Assembly: GCA_951406725.2 (NCBI GenBank)
Contig: OX597819.1
Location: forward strand, 103,416,001-103,480,000
Source of the DNA: Octopus vulgaris
Lineage: Eukaryota
Length of the DNA: 64,000 nt
Direction of reading: 5' to 3'
Shown here: positions 13,885 to 31,461 of the stretch, piece after piece
Layout of the letters: each line of letters starts with the position of its first letter
Position numbering within the stretch: position 1 is the stretch's first letter
Position numbers and translations under genes: made by a program
The notes under the pieces: model-generated
Told to the model about the DNA's origin: nothing
The model's input: the letters and a program-made list of their open reading frames with translations, nothing else
Database searches by the model: none

Positions 13885-14704
13885 GGTGGTGGTGGTATAA
13901 CACTGGGTGATTGCGGAAGGGTGGAACATACGTGTGTGTGTGTGTGTATATATGTGTGCGTATGTGTGTCTGTAAAATATTGATGATGATGGCAATGATC
14001 ATGAGGAGGAGGGAAAAGGAGGGGCATTGGAATGGTGATGATGATTATGATGATGATGGTGGTGGTGGTGGTGATGGTGGTGGTGGTGGTGGTGGTGGTG
14101 ATGGTGGTGGCTGTAGCTGTTGGAATCGGTAGTGTGGTGTTGTGCTGAAATGGTGACGTTTGTAGCATTGTTGTTGTTATTATTGTTGTTGTTGTTGTGG
14201 TGGTGGTGGTGGTGTGAGTGGTAAGGGTCGGGTGCAATAGTGGCAGAACTAATGTTGTAGTAGTAGGAGTAGTGGTGGTGGTGGTTGTATTGGTGGTGGT
14301 GTTAGTGTTAGTGATGTTGCTTCCAAAGTGGTTTGTTATGGTTGTTGTTGCGGATTCTGTGGTTTTATTGTTGTAGGATTTGCCAATCTTAGGGTTGCTG
14401 GTGGTAGCTGGGTAGAGGAAGTCATTCGGGTGTTTGAAGATTATGCATTACGGGTGGATCATGACAGGTGGGGGGGGTGTTTGTGATAGCAGAATTGATA
14501 GTGATGTATGGGGAAGTAATATCGGTGCAAGTAGATATGATATGGTGATTGATGATGATGATGATGATTGATGATGATGACGACGACAACAACGGCGACG
14601 ACAACGATGATGATGACGACGATGATGATGATGATGATGCGGAGGAGAGAATGAGAGTAGTAGTATTATTATTAGTAGTGGTGGTGGTGGTAGTAGCAAG
14701 CAGC

Positions 14705-14766
<62 letters not shown>

Positions 14767-15430
14767 GGAAGAGGAGAAAGTAGTGGTGGGGGAGGATGAG
14801 GGGGAGGAAGAGGAGGAGGAGGAGGAGGAGGAGGAGTGAAGTTCGTGATGAAAGAGAAGGTGATGATGACGGTGGCAGTGGTTTTGGTGGTGATGGTGGT
14901 TTAAAGATCATTTCAATGTCAAAGGGAAAGTAGTAGAGGAGGAAAAGGAAACCACGGAGAATTGGAAATGATGGAGCAGGTGTAAAAAGAAGACGAAGAA
15001 GTAGTAGTAGTAGTAGTAGTAGAAAAAAATGAATGAAATTAATTAATATAGGTAGAGAGATATAATGATAGCTTCAATAATCTGAGATGTTTTCCGTCTT
15101 AATTTTTTACACATCATCATCATCATCATCATCATCGTCATCTTCATCATCATCGTCGTCATTGTCATCATCGTCGTCATCATTATCATCATCATCGTCA
15201 TCATCATCATCATCATCATCGTCATCTTCATCATCATCGTCATCATCATCACCATCTTCATCATCATTGTTGTCATTTTCATCATCGTCGTCATCATCAT
15301 CATCATCATCGTCATCGTCGTCATCATCATCATCGTCATCATCACAATTGTCGTCCTCGTGCTCGTTGTCGTCGTCATCATCATCATCATCATTTTTATT
15401 ATAATTGTTGTTATTATTATTATTCTCATT

Positions 15431-15490
<60 letters not shown>

Positions 15491-15512
15491 GTTATTATTA
15501 TTATTATTATTA
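13180..15512. repeat. Large trinucleotide-repeat field: (GAT)n, (GGT)n, (TAG)n, (GAG)n, (CAT)n, (TTG)n, (TTA)n
   Basis: Directly visible; the ORFs here are homopolymeric translations. Confidence 0.9.
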
Positions 15513-15619
15513 CAAAATCAATATCTTAACAGTTTTAAAAACAACTGGGAGAAAAATTACAGGTACAAGGTGAACAGAACAACAAATGACACACGATAAT
15601 AAGAGATGAAAGAAGTGAA

Positions 15620-19335
<3,716 letters not shown>

Positions 19336-19469
19336 TCCATTTTATTTTTTTATTATGTCTTTACTACTTCCAACCAAATCATTGTGTGATAACATGTTAC
19401 CGTACGAATGTTGCTGTAACTCTTTTACTGTTGTTGGTTTAGATGTGTGGACTGAAGAGGAGGGAGAGG

Positions 19470-19810
19470 AACCCCCCTCCCCCTTTGGTCATGAATGACC
19501 ATGGGACTGCACCTAGAAGGTTACCCTCCGAGACACAAGTCAGGGAAAGATTGTTTTTGGAAGACAAACAGTCGCCCATGCATATCAGCCTCCGCTCTCC
19601 ACAACACTGATGTTATCCAAGGAAAAAGCAAAGGCCGGTACCGCTTATCACCAGTGATGTTGCAACACATTTCTACAGCTGAGTTAACTGGGGCAACGTG
19701 AAATAAACTGTCTTGCCCAAGAACACAACACACAGCCCGGTCCGGGAATCGAACTCACAACCTCACGATCGTAAGCTCTACGCTCTAACCACCGAGCAAT
19801 GCGCCTTCAC
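19470..19810 (-). mobile_element. tRNA-derived SINE (V-domain-like body)
   Basis: Minus strand GTGAAGGCGCATTGCTCGGTGGTTAGAGCG...GAGTTCGATTCCC; homologous to 40178 and 51968 copies; TSD-like AGATGTG(TG)GACT at 19441 and 19811. Confidence 0.85.
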
Positions 19811-20229
19811 AGATGTGGACTAAAACCTTAATAAAGTCCACTACCCTTCTTATTAGTGCTATTTCCCCCTTCTTTTTATTTTTGCCTGCTGTAGGCCTAC
19901 CTAGAATATTCGTTCAATGTTCAGCTATTGCTTAAATATAAGTACATCCGTCTATCCTACATTTATTAATTTTCTTTTCAGGATATTGAGTGATTGTGGT
20001 TGTTTTGTCTTTTAGCTACCGCAATACCACGTCCTAATCTGCATAGACACTGCCTCAGACGAATGCCTGTAACTGAGTGGAGACTGTGCTGAGGGTCACT
20101 TAGTCAATCACTAAGAATTCGTTCTATGATTTCCTTGACACCTGTAATCAGAGACAGAGAAACAAATGGAGCCAACGGGAAGTGGAAAGAGAGGGGGGAG
20201 AGAATATTATTTCACATCCTCCTTACTGC

Positions 20230-20640
20230 CACCTCTCTTATGGATTGACTCATACATCTTTTACAAACTTTGTGGTAGATTCCATGCTGTGATGATGCTT
20301 TTATAAAGTATCTGGAAAGGTTTTTGCTTACGCCTTGGATTTACGCAAAACAATGATCTGGAAATTTTTAGTTCCTGTTCCAGAATATAGGATCTCTTTT
20401 ATCTATAACTAATATTTTCTTCCTTTATATCGATGTAATTGTTGGTAGTCGCTTCCCTCTATACGCGCTGTAATCTTGACGAACTCATCTGGTTGATGTA
20501 TTTACTATCATCATGAATATTACTTAATATTATTTGCGCCCAACATTAGAGCAAATTATTTCTGCATTTGTTTCCATTCAGAATATAAATTTAGGAACAT
20601 CGAAAAAGTATGTAAATGCATATCTCCAAGTGAATCTAAC
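20230..20640 (-). mobile_element. Highly degraded CR1-like LINE ORF2 3' remnant
   Basis: Minus-strand remnants AWNLPQSL and ITARIEG resemble the CR1 C-terminus; many stops. Confidence 0.25.
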
Positions 20641-21207
20641 AATAATAAAAGATTGTAATATATTGAGTAAGAAAGGCCCGGGTCAGAACAATGCGGAAAG
20701 CAACTATTTATAGATTACTTGCTGAATGATATACTGCAATGTTTTATTTACATGATTCTCAATGCTTATATATTCATATTCATATTTATATTTATATTTC
20801 AAACATAAACATTCTTGCTTGTAAGATTAATGCATTTAATTTCACAGAAAAAGAAAGGTTACTTTTCAGCACGTGTGTTCGTGACTCATAGGTTCTTATT
20901 CATCACTTTTGTGTCCTATGAGTCTTGAAGCTAAATTATATAAGGCATTAATTATCGCAATAATCGTTTTGTGTTTCACCGACAAATGATTTATTTACTT
21001 ATTTGTTCAGTCAGTATTTCAGTTGTGCTTTGGTAAGCGACTTTGCAATCGACTGTTTCCCTGTAGCAATACCTCGTTATTTTTTTATGAAATGTACTTA
21101 ATTATTTTGTAAATAAACACAAAGTGTTTGAGTTGGTTCATTTCAATAGCACTGGATTCGATTTCTTTTTCAGTCCTCTCCTTTTCATTGTAATATTTCA
21201 CCTTATT

Positions 21208-21430
21208 AAGGTTGCGAGCTGACAGAATCGTTTGCAACCCGGACAGAATGCTTAGCAGCATTTCACCAAGTCTTTACATTCTGAATACAAAATTGGCCTA
21301 TGTCGACTTTACTATTAATCCCTCCCAGGTCGATAAAGTAACTACAAGTTGAGTTGAGTACTGCTGTCGAAGTAGTCAACGTGCCCCATCCCTCCAAATA
21401 GATGGCCTTGTGCCAAAACTTGAAACCGAT
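21208..21430 (+). mobile_element. MetaSINE-like SINE, diverged
   Basis: GGTTGCGAGCTGACAGAATCG head; GTCGACTTT...GGTCGATAAAG; tail GGCCTTGTGCCAAAACTTGAAACC. Confidence 0.65.
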
Positions 21431-22849
21431 ATTTTATTTTATTGTCGATTTCAATGACCGTCTTTTTGTTAAGTCTCACCTGTTTTTATGATTTTAAAGA
21501 ATTTGACATACTTAATATCTATTTTATTTTCTTTCGTCCGGAATTATATTTTTGTTAACCTTATGGAGCAAATCTAATATGGTTTGCATTCTAAACTATA
21601 TTGCCTCAATTTCATATCGTTGCTTCGTGTACGTCCGTATACACACAAACACCTGCCTCACACGCACATATAAACATATATATATATATTTATATATACC
21701 TCTATGTGTAAGTATGTGTGTTGAGCGAGCGAGCGAGAAAGAGGGAGAGAGCGCGAAGGAGACTATATAGGTTAGCGCTTAGCATTTCTCATACTTTATC
21801 AGTTAAGAGATGTTTAAAAAATATAGATATCTATCTCAATCGTGGCAAACTTTGACAGATATCATTCATTCATGAAACCATTCTACGTAGTAGCATATGT
21901 AAATAGGTAACGTCAGTTTTTATTGTAGAAATCTAAATTTTATAAGTTAATTTTAGGGTATATATCAGTAGAAGAAAAAAAAGCAAGAAAACGAGCAACT
22001 ATCCAACTCGTATGATATTGGAACTGTTGATTAATGCCTAGACTAATATGCATTATTTGGCTGGCGTAATCTTTGAGTACATTCCGATATTTTAGTTATA
22101 TTTTGCACCATTGGATGGAATGTTTTTTCACCAGTATTCCTTTGTCGTATACCAAATCGTGTTTCTTTCATTGATTCCTATGTATTTCAATAGATCTTTG
22201 TATATAATTCTTCCATGCTCAGAATGATTATATTTTGGGTGTCTATTACTATGGACAGCCTGTTTCGATGAGATTCAATTCAAAGTGCGTTTTTCAAAAC
22301 CACAATCCATTGCAATATCAAATTGATGTAGCTTTCCAGTTTATAAAACATTATCCAATATTACATTAACTTGATAATGTAAATTGCCTAGTGTCTACAC
22401 ATTTGTATCTAGACAACTTTTCTACTGGTCAGCGTCTGTTGGATATGTGGTCTATAACCTTACATGCGAAATTATTAACGACATTGTATACAAAAGCTTT
22501 GCTTACTTACTAAAAGTCTGTAGGATGTGGTTAGCGGTACATTGGATGCTATTTCTAGCAGGCCAAGCGACCGCGTAGATTCTTCTACGTTAGTTCGATA
22601 CTGCTGTTGGTGGTGGTATAGGTGGTACTTTTGCTGCTGTTTGTTGTTGCGATTTTATAGGGGATTTTTGTATATATATATTATTATATTTTGTCGTTTG
22701 TGGTTGATCATTTTTTCATTATTGAGGACCACATCTGAGCTGGACACAAACTATAAAATTCTATGAAAATATAACTGTATAGATCAAAGATCTTTATGCA
22801 TCTGTAGTTATCAAAATTGTGATATCAAGACATGTGCAGTACATTTACA

Positions 22850-24003
<1,154 letters not shown>

Positions 24004-24307
24004 CATTTATATTCTCACTAATATTCGGCACGCACCGATATATAGAAGTTGACACATGCACACAAATATATAATTACGAATGGCCGTATATTCGGCCATT
24101 TATCAATCACATCTGCCATGTTTCAGATTGGTTATTAGTCACTACAGACGTAACAAGTCATATATATATATGACGGTCATCGCTCACCGTGTAATATTCA
24201 CATGCTAAACAACTCCTATGGTTTTCATCTTGAAAGAACCCGTGACTGTTTGATATATTTTATGTTGGTATCATACGTAGCAATATAGTCATATATATGT
24301 GTCTGTG

Positions 24308-24379
<72 letters not shown>

Positions 24380-24527
24380 TGAGGGTGTAAGTGTACACAT
24401 ATATTTATAGTGATAAATGTGTGTGTTTGTGTGTGTATGTATTTATTCTTGTGTATAGATACAAATGGATAGATCGGGAGAACATATATATATATGTACA
24501 TATATATGCATATATATATATGCATAA

Positions 24528-24560
<33 letters not shown>

Positions 24561-25436
24561 TCTATATACATCAGTATATATATATATATATATGTATATT
24601 CATGTAAATACACATATTTGCATACAGAAACATGTATATGGATATATACGTGTGGTTCTGGTGGACCTCCGTCTTTTCACGATGAGAATTCAGTTCTCCG
24701 ATCAACAGAATTACCCGGTGACAAAATTACGTGTTCGTGGGAGACCGCTTTACAGTTTGAGCAAATGTCGAACAGAATTATCGTGATTCTGTGTTACAAG
24801 ACACTTGAATTTTATTTGCAGATACTACCCAACTGACGTTCTTCTATAAGATCTTTACTTTACTTCAATGTGCTGCTCTGAAACAAATGGTAAATGAAAT
24901 TAACACAAGATGCCATCCATAGAAGATATGGTTTCCGCTTATGATTTCTAATATATATGTGTCCGGGCTTGTATTTGTTTATGTATACTCACACATACAC
25001 ACATATTATCGTTAATTTAGTACATAAGGTTTGATAGTGATTAATTGGTATGAATTAAGTGATATATAGATATTTATATATATATGATTAAAATATGTAA
25101 ATGATAATCGATAATTTTCTAAAAGATTAACTTTTATTTTACATTATTAACATGGCAGAATGGTGTGCAGAATTTATGGTTCTTTTATGGAAATTTATAT
25201 TTTCTTTAATATTTTTTCGATGATGCGAATGCCATTCTTCGATCAAGCGAATGCCATTCTTCGATCAAGTGAATAAGCTGTATTTATGCACGAACGTATG
25301 TTTGTTTGTCTGTCTATCAGCCTGTCTGTTTGTCTGTATGTATGTAGTGTAAATATGTATGTATGGTCAACTATACATATTTAGAAATAAAGCTATATCC
25401 ATATACCTTCATGTATACCACATTTGTGTGTGTACA

Positions 25437-25468
<32 letters not shown>

Positions 25469-25628
25469 AGAGATATATATCAGGGTAGCGTAAATATGTA
25501 CACGTATGTATATTTTACACATTCACACGTAGGTACGTTTGTATGCATGTATGTATGTATGCATATATGTGTATGTATATGTATATATATGTATATTGCA
25601 CACACATACACACATATAAAGAAAGATT

Positions 25629-25667
<39 letters not shown>

Positions 25668-25772
25668 GTGTGTGTGTATGTGTGTACTATATACATAGAG
25701 ACCATGTTTAAAATTTGCCAAGCGATGTGAACGTCAACTGTATCATGCTCTTTTCAATAAGTGGTGTCCGCT

Positions 25773-25990
25773 CGGCCGCGAGATGCCAGAAACGTTAGCA
25801 CACCGGGCGAAATGCTCAGCAGTACTTCGTCTGTGTTTATGTTCTAAGTCCAATTTCCGCCGATTTCGACTTTGCCTTTCATCCTTTCGGAGTCGATAAA
25901 TTAAGTAGCAGTTTCGTACTGGAGTCGATCTAATCGACTGACCCCTCCCAGAAATTTCAGGCCTTGTGCCAAGAGTAGAAAAGAATAAGT
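25773..25990 (+). mobile_element. MetaSINE-like SINE
   Basis: Core GACTTTGCCTTTCATCCTTTCGGAGTCGATAAATTAAGTAGCAG, tail GGCCTTGTGCCAAGAGTAGAAAAG. Confidence 0.75.
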
Positions 25991-26440
25991 GGAGTCCTTT
26001 TCATACAACATCCATACCTGTATATTGTGTTGTTGTTTTCCAAACATTTGGATTGACAGAAACATTTTGTTGGTATTGCAATATCATGAGTTGGTTTTCA
26101 ATTTTCAACAATCTGTTAATCGCAGAGACAATCGCAGTGAGTGGAATATTTTCAGCGTTGACTCAGAAATTTCAACACGAAACCAAATCACTGGGAATGA
26201 GGTATCCGTTAGCTCTCGTTAAAGTGCGACTAGCAATCTCGTAAGCTGATCAAATTTGAGGATTGGAGTTCGGAAAATTCGTGGCATACAGGACATCTTT
26301 TTGTATCCAAACCGTGCAGCTACTCTTACATAGGCCTTCAGCATGATGTGCAAATCATCTGGATTAAGAGTTTTACAGTTCAGTGCCTGTTGGATTTTTG
26401 GTCTATCATATGCCGAATTCGACAAAAGTGCCCATCGTAA

Positions 26441-26490
<50 letters not shown>

Positions 26491-26614
26491 GCATATACAT
26501 ATACACATGCAGAGTATATACATTCGTACATACATATATACACACATACATACACACGCACGCATGCAAAAATATATGTTTATACATATATATATACACA
26601 CACACATACTTGTA

Positions 26615-27906
26615 CGAGGGGCGTTCAATAAGTAATGCCCCTGACCCACTTTCCATAGCAGTAGAGCAACAAAACTTGGCACAGTTATTAGTCTTTTTCT
26701 ACATAGGAACCACCCAGAGTTACGCATTTATCCCATCGTTTGATGCAGCTCTGGAGACCGTTTTTGTAGAAGACCCCATCTTGGTCCTCCAACCACGACG
26801 TGACTTCAGAAATCAAGGCTGCATCATCTGGGAAACGCTTTCCTTTCAAAAACAACTTCATGGCTGGGAAGAGGTGAAAATCAGAGGATGCAAGGTCAGG
26901 AGAGTAGGAGGGATGAGGGAGGAGTTCATAGCCGCACGCCTGTGCTTCTGATCTCGCGACACGCGAGTTGTGGACCGGAGCGTTGTCCTGCAGGAGGAGG
27001 ATGTTTTTGCTGATCTTGCCCCACCTCTTGATTTTGATAGCTTCTCTTAATTTCCTCAAAAGTGAAGCATAATAGGCTCCTGTAATTGTGGTACCCTTTG
27101 CCAGGAAATCTGTCATCATTTCTCCGTCCTGGTCCCAGAAATCTGTGAGCATGACCTTGCCAGCGGAGGGCTGCACCCTTGCTTTCTTCGGAGGAGGTGA
27201 GTCACGGTACTTCCACTGCATTGACTGGGGTTTGGTCTCTGGATCATAGTGATGGACCCAGGTTTCATCATGTGTAATCAGACTTTTGAAAAATTTTACT
27301 CAGCTTCTTGGCACATCTCCAAATTCATCCTCGAGCACTCGACGCGTTATTGCTTCTGGAAAGGTGTGAGCAACCTGGGAATCCATCTGGCAGACACCTT
27401 TTGCATATGCAAATAGTAATGAATGATAGTTTCCACAGAACCGGTACTAATCTTGACCTCATGGACTATTTGGCGAAAAGTTATGCGTCGATCTTCCAAA
27501 ATGGCAGCCTCAACTTGACGGACAGATGCCTCATCAATGGCAGAAGTGGGGCGACCTGATCTGAGGGCTGTTTCCACAGAGTTCCGACCATGTTTGAATT
27601 CACGATGCCAGCGTTTTACAAGGTCATATGATGGGGCGTCATCATTATAAGTTACTTTCATTTCAGCAAAAGTCTCCTGTGGTGTGTAACCTTTCAAATA
27701 CAAAAACCGGATCATTGCTCGACACCCAACAGGCTCCATTTCACACTTGACTCGGTTCAAACACCTGTAAATCAGAAACCACAATCATTTCAGAGCTGTA
27801 ATTTGCCACATAAACTATAGAGATATAAATAATTGCACATGCAAAATTTCAGCTAGATCAAAAAACTGCAAGTGGGTCAGAGGCATTACTTATTGAACGC
27901 CCCTCG
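26615..27906 (-). mobile_element. Full-length mariner DNA transposon (irritans/Himar1-like)
   Basis: 37-bp TIRs CGAGGGGCGTTCAATAAGTAATGCC(C/T)CTGACCCACTT with 1 mismatch; TA TSD on both sides (26613-14, 27907-08); ~1.29 kb. Confidence 0.95.
26688..27739 (-). pseudogene. DD34D mariner transposase with one premature stop (27347-27349) and one frameshift (~27295)
   Basis: MEPVGCRAMIRFLYLKG...ARWIPRLL; ITHDETWVHHYDP; LLQDNAPVH; [13 protein letters not shown] with 34 residues between the last two Asp. Confidence 0.95.
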
Positions 27907-28189
27907 TATGTGTCTACACACATACGCATGCAAATGTACGCGCGCACACACATATAGCTCATAGAAAATAAATGTATATATGCCATAACCAGAAGAAATG
28001 TTACAAAGTACCCCATACACCAAGAGTTTTCTGCTCATGTAACTAACATATATTCACCTACTCTTTGACATGTTTTGTTTTTTATCCTGAAGCTTGTTCA
28101 ACTTGAGCCAACCCCTTGCTAAGCAGGCTACAGAGCGTTACCAGTTTTATAATTGACGATCCGTTTTTGCTCAAGCATCTCCGTAGCAA

Positions 28190-28600
28190 GAAAACTCTGA
28201 TGTAACACTTGCTACTTCTTCTGAATCAACCGACGTAGACTAGTTATTCTTTGGGAGCTAACCCATGCGGTTTTAGAAGAGTTGAATTAACAAAGGGCTA
28301 ACTTGATTATAAGAGCTTCAGGAAAAGGCATCGCCAATTTTTCTTTAAACCTCAATAATGTTACACTATGTGTTAGATATAATGGCAGCCCGTTGACAAG
28401 AAAGATAAAACTCTCATAAGAAAGTTGTATGATGGAATGAAGATAAGTGACAGCTTAGGTGGTAACTGTCTGGACATTTGCTGGAAGAAGCACGCATCGT
28501 TGTCCTATCAATACAAAATGATGTAGGACTGCAAAATCATGACTGTGATGCACATGATTGAGAGAACAAACAAGCGATGACATTACTTCAAATCAAGTTG
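28190..28600 (+). mobile_element. Possible degraded RTE-like LINE 3' remnant
   Basis: Remnant LVILWELTH resembles the RTE C-terminal LWEPTHG motif; otherwise decayed. Confidence 0.2.
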
Positions 28601-28799
28601 TAGTCATCAAGCATGCATGCATATAGGATTGTATATATGTATTTCTATGTACATAAAAATATTAATACACATGTAAAAATATTTACATAACCACTAATGG
28701 AGATATCTATATATCCATGAATCTTACTGTGTCGATATTCACGCATGCGCATATGTACGTTTCTGTTTGTGTATGTATTTATGTATATGCATGCATATT

Positions 28800-29005
28800 C
28801 TTTTCTACTCTAGGCACAAGGCAAGAAATTTGGGGGAGGGAAACAGTCGATTAGATCGACCCCAGAGCGGAAAGTGGGACTTAATTTATCGACCTCGAAA
28901 GGATGAAAGGCAAAGTCGACCTCGGCAGAATTTGAATCCGGAACGTAAAAACAGACGAAATACCATGAAGTATCTCGCTTGGTGTGCAAACGTTTCTACC
29001 ACCTT
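28800..29005 (-). mobile_element. MetaSINE-like SINE
   Basis: TTTATCGACCTCGAAAGGATGAAAGGCAAAGTCGACCTCGGCAGAATTTGAA is the reverse complement of the family core. Confidence 0.75.
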
Positions 29006-29082
<77 letters not shown>

Positions 29083-29092
29083 TACATACATA

Positions 29093-29134
<42 letters not shown>

Positions 29135-29670
29135 CTGTCAACTCAATGTGACAGTCCCGTAAGGGAATTACACCACCGCCATTTAGCCCTAGGAACTGAC
29201 GATGAGCAATTCACTCATATACATACATAAATGCATACACACCCATCCACACACACACACACACACACACACAAACATACATACACACACACACACATAT
29301 ATATATATATAATAAGCATATGCACACACACATTCTTATAACAGATTTCTGTGAGAGAGGTATGTAAAGTAAAAATGCAGAAGACTTCCTGCTTCGATGC
29401 TGAGAGATTGATGTGTCTGGGAGGGTGTTTCAGAACAAGTCCTGATATTGTGAGTTGTGGATTATATATGGATGGCTTGGGCGAGGCACCTAATCAAAGT
29501 GAAAGTCATGTTGTTTCAGATTGAAAACCATAATTCAGGTAAGATTTGGCATGTGAATTATGATGGAAGTTTCTTTGCGATAAGTTCTTTTGATCAAACA
29601 GAATATTAATTGGCAATCTTTAAAAAAGAGAAAAAAGGAAACAATTCTAGACACGGCAAATCTGACCATG

Positions 29671-29719
<49 letters not shown>

Positions 29720-29763
29720 TGTGCGTGCGTGTATGTGCGTGCATGTGTATACGTATGTATTTA

Positions 29764-29799
<36 letters not shown>

Positions 29800-30699
29800 T
29801 ATATATGTATATATATATATATAGATACACATATATATACATATATTTGCATATATATACATATATTTATACACTTATAAGTAGATGTGCATATATACTT
29901 ACGCACATACATATTCATATACTTATTCATACACACAAACACATATATATATCATGTATCTCTGTGTGTGTGTATATAAATGTATATCTACATGCATATA
30001 AATAAATTCGCACATATACAAATGTATATATATATACACGCATTAATATGTACGCATATATCCCTTAAACATGCACAAAAGCGATATATTTTTTTATTAG
30101 CTGACAATCTACAGAAGTACAGAATACGTGTCGACGAGTGTGTGTGTGTGTTTGTGTGTGTGTGTTTGTGTACGAGTGTATGTGAGAACGTATGGCTTCT
30201 ATATTTTTATAGTTTCGTCAAGCAATAATTGCATACAAACACACACCTATACATATATAAACATACACACAGCAGACACACAACACACACACACACATAT
30301 ATAATATGTGGACATGATTTACTGCTTGCAACTCGCGATTCTTCTCTTTTTTACAGGCGTCAGGTTGAGTAATAATTAATAAGCTTTATAAAGACTTCCC
30401 CCCCACCTCTTAGCAACTACTACACATCATAGTTGCTGAGTCTTATCAACCTAACTTCCCATATGATGTATGTCTAACCTACATGGCAAATCCATGCATC
30501 CAACATCTCAATGCTTGCCACCAAACTACCCTTCTTGACATTCTGCACGAAATAATTTACGAGCAGGCAAGCTAGTCTGTACTATAAGCAATAACCAGAA
30601 GATCCCAGAGAATGTATCACAGAGAATGAAGTCTTAAAAATCAGAGCGACACACTGACGTTGTAACTCTAATTACACACATTTACCTTTTGTGGTTTAA

Positions 30700-30960
30700 T
30701 TGTTTCAGTTACTGAAATGCGGGCGTGCCTCGGCAAAGTCTTCAATGAATTTTGTCAAAAAATTCAACACCAGTACTAACTCTTTTCTTTTTTTTTTTTT
30801 TTTAGGTCTGATACTATTTTATCGGTCACAGGTGTTGAATGCTAAGTTTACGGGGATGGAAACCAAGCAAAAACAGTTTCAAGGGGTGGCGGAGAGGAAC
30901 TACAAAAACAGACACAAAGACGCACATAGACGGACACAAATATATAGATATAAGACGTCG
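30700..30960 (-). mobile_element. Degenerate SINE of the CR1-like tail family
   Basis: TTGTTTCAGT..., GCTAAGTTTACGGGGA, ACAGACACAAAGAC match the 5107-5498 copy. Confidence 0.5.
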
Positions 30961-30965
30961 TATTT

Positions 30966-31037
30966 ATGTCTTGGGGAAATTTCGAACCTGGGTTCTCATT
31001 CCTAGGTCATTTTTTGTTGTTGTTGTTGTTGTTGTTA

Positions 31038-31114
<77 letters not shown>

Positions 31115-31240
31115 GTTCAGGTCATTACTTGGAATCGAACTCGGAATCTTGGGGTTAGTAACCCGCGCTCTTAGCCACTACGTCATATGCCCACGGGCAT
31201 ATGGCGATTCCAAGCAGTGACCTGAACAATAATAATGATG

Positions 31241-31306
<66 letters not shown>

Positions 31307-31461
31307 TCGAAAAATATCTTAAGAAGGAGAACCCAGGTTCGAAATTCCCCCCAATACACCTGAAGAAGGCTGGAGGGTATATCAGCCGAAACGTTTGGGT
31401 TAACAACAAACAAGAAGAGGACAAATATCCGTCGAATGTCAATAATGTAAATAATGTAAAT
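30966..31461. mobile_element. Head-to-head pair of a tRNA-headed, (AAT)n-containing, hammerhead-bearing element
   Basis: Inverted arms ~30971-31137 / ~31206-31354; tRNA-like head on - strand at 31131-31192; HHR on + strand at 31356-31400. Confidence 0.75.
31356..31400 (+). ncRNA. Minimal type I hammerhead motif
   Basis: ACAC CTGAAGA A GGCTG-gagggtatat-CAGCC GAAA CG TT tgggt: intact core, 5-bp stem II, ACGT stem III; stem I weakened. Confidence 0.7.

Noticed and set aside
12662-15599. Long ORFs with poly-T/H/D/S/M/L runs
   Set aside because: Trinucleotide repeat expansions with no domain and no consistent frame or strand
22060-22500. Minus-strand IIYKDLLKYIG resembling GIY-YIG (possible Penelope endonuclease remnant)
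   Set aside because: Spacing is wrong and surrounding frames are full of stops; needs tBLASTn to be credible
25225-25268. Exact 22-bp tandem duplication
   Set aside because: Two adjacent copies without a spacer; ordinary slippage, not a CRISPR-like array
29194-29220. CTGACGA-TGAG-caattca-CTCA, possible 5' half of a hammerhead
   Set aside because: No GAAA or stem III follows; too short to distinguish from chance
31131-31192. Possible tRNA gene
   Set aside because: No proper acceptor stem; embedded in a repeat element, so treated as a tRNA-derived head
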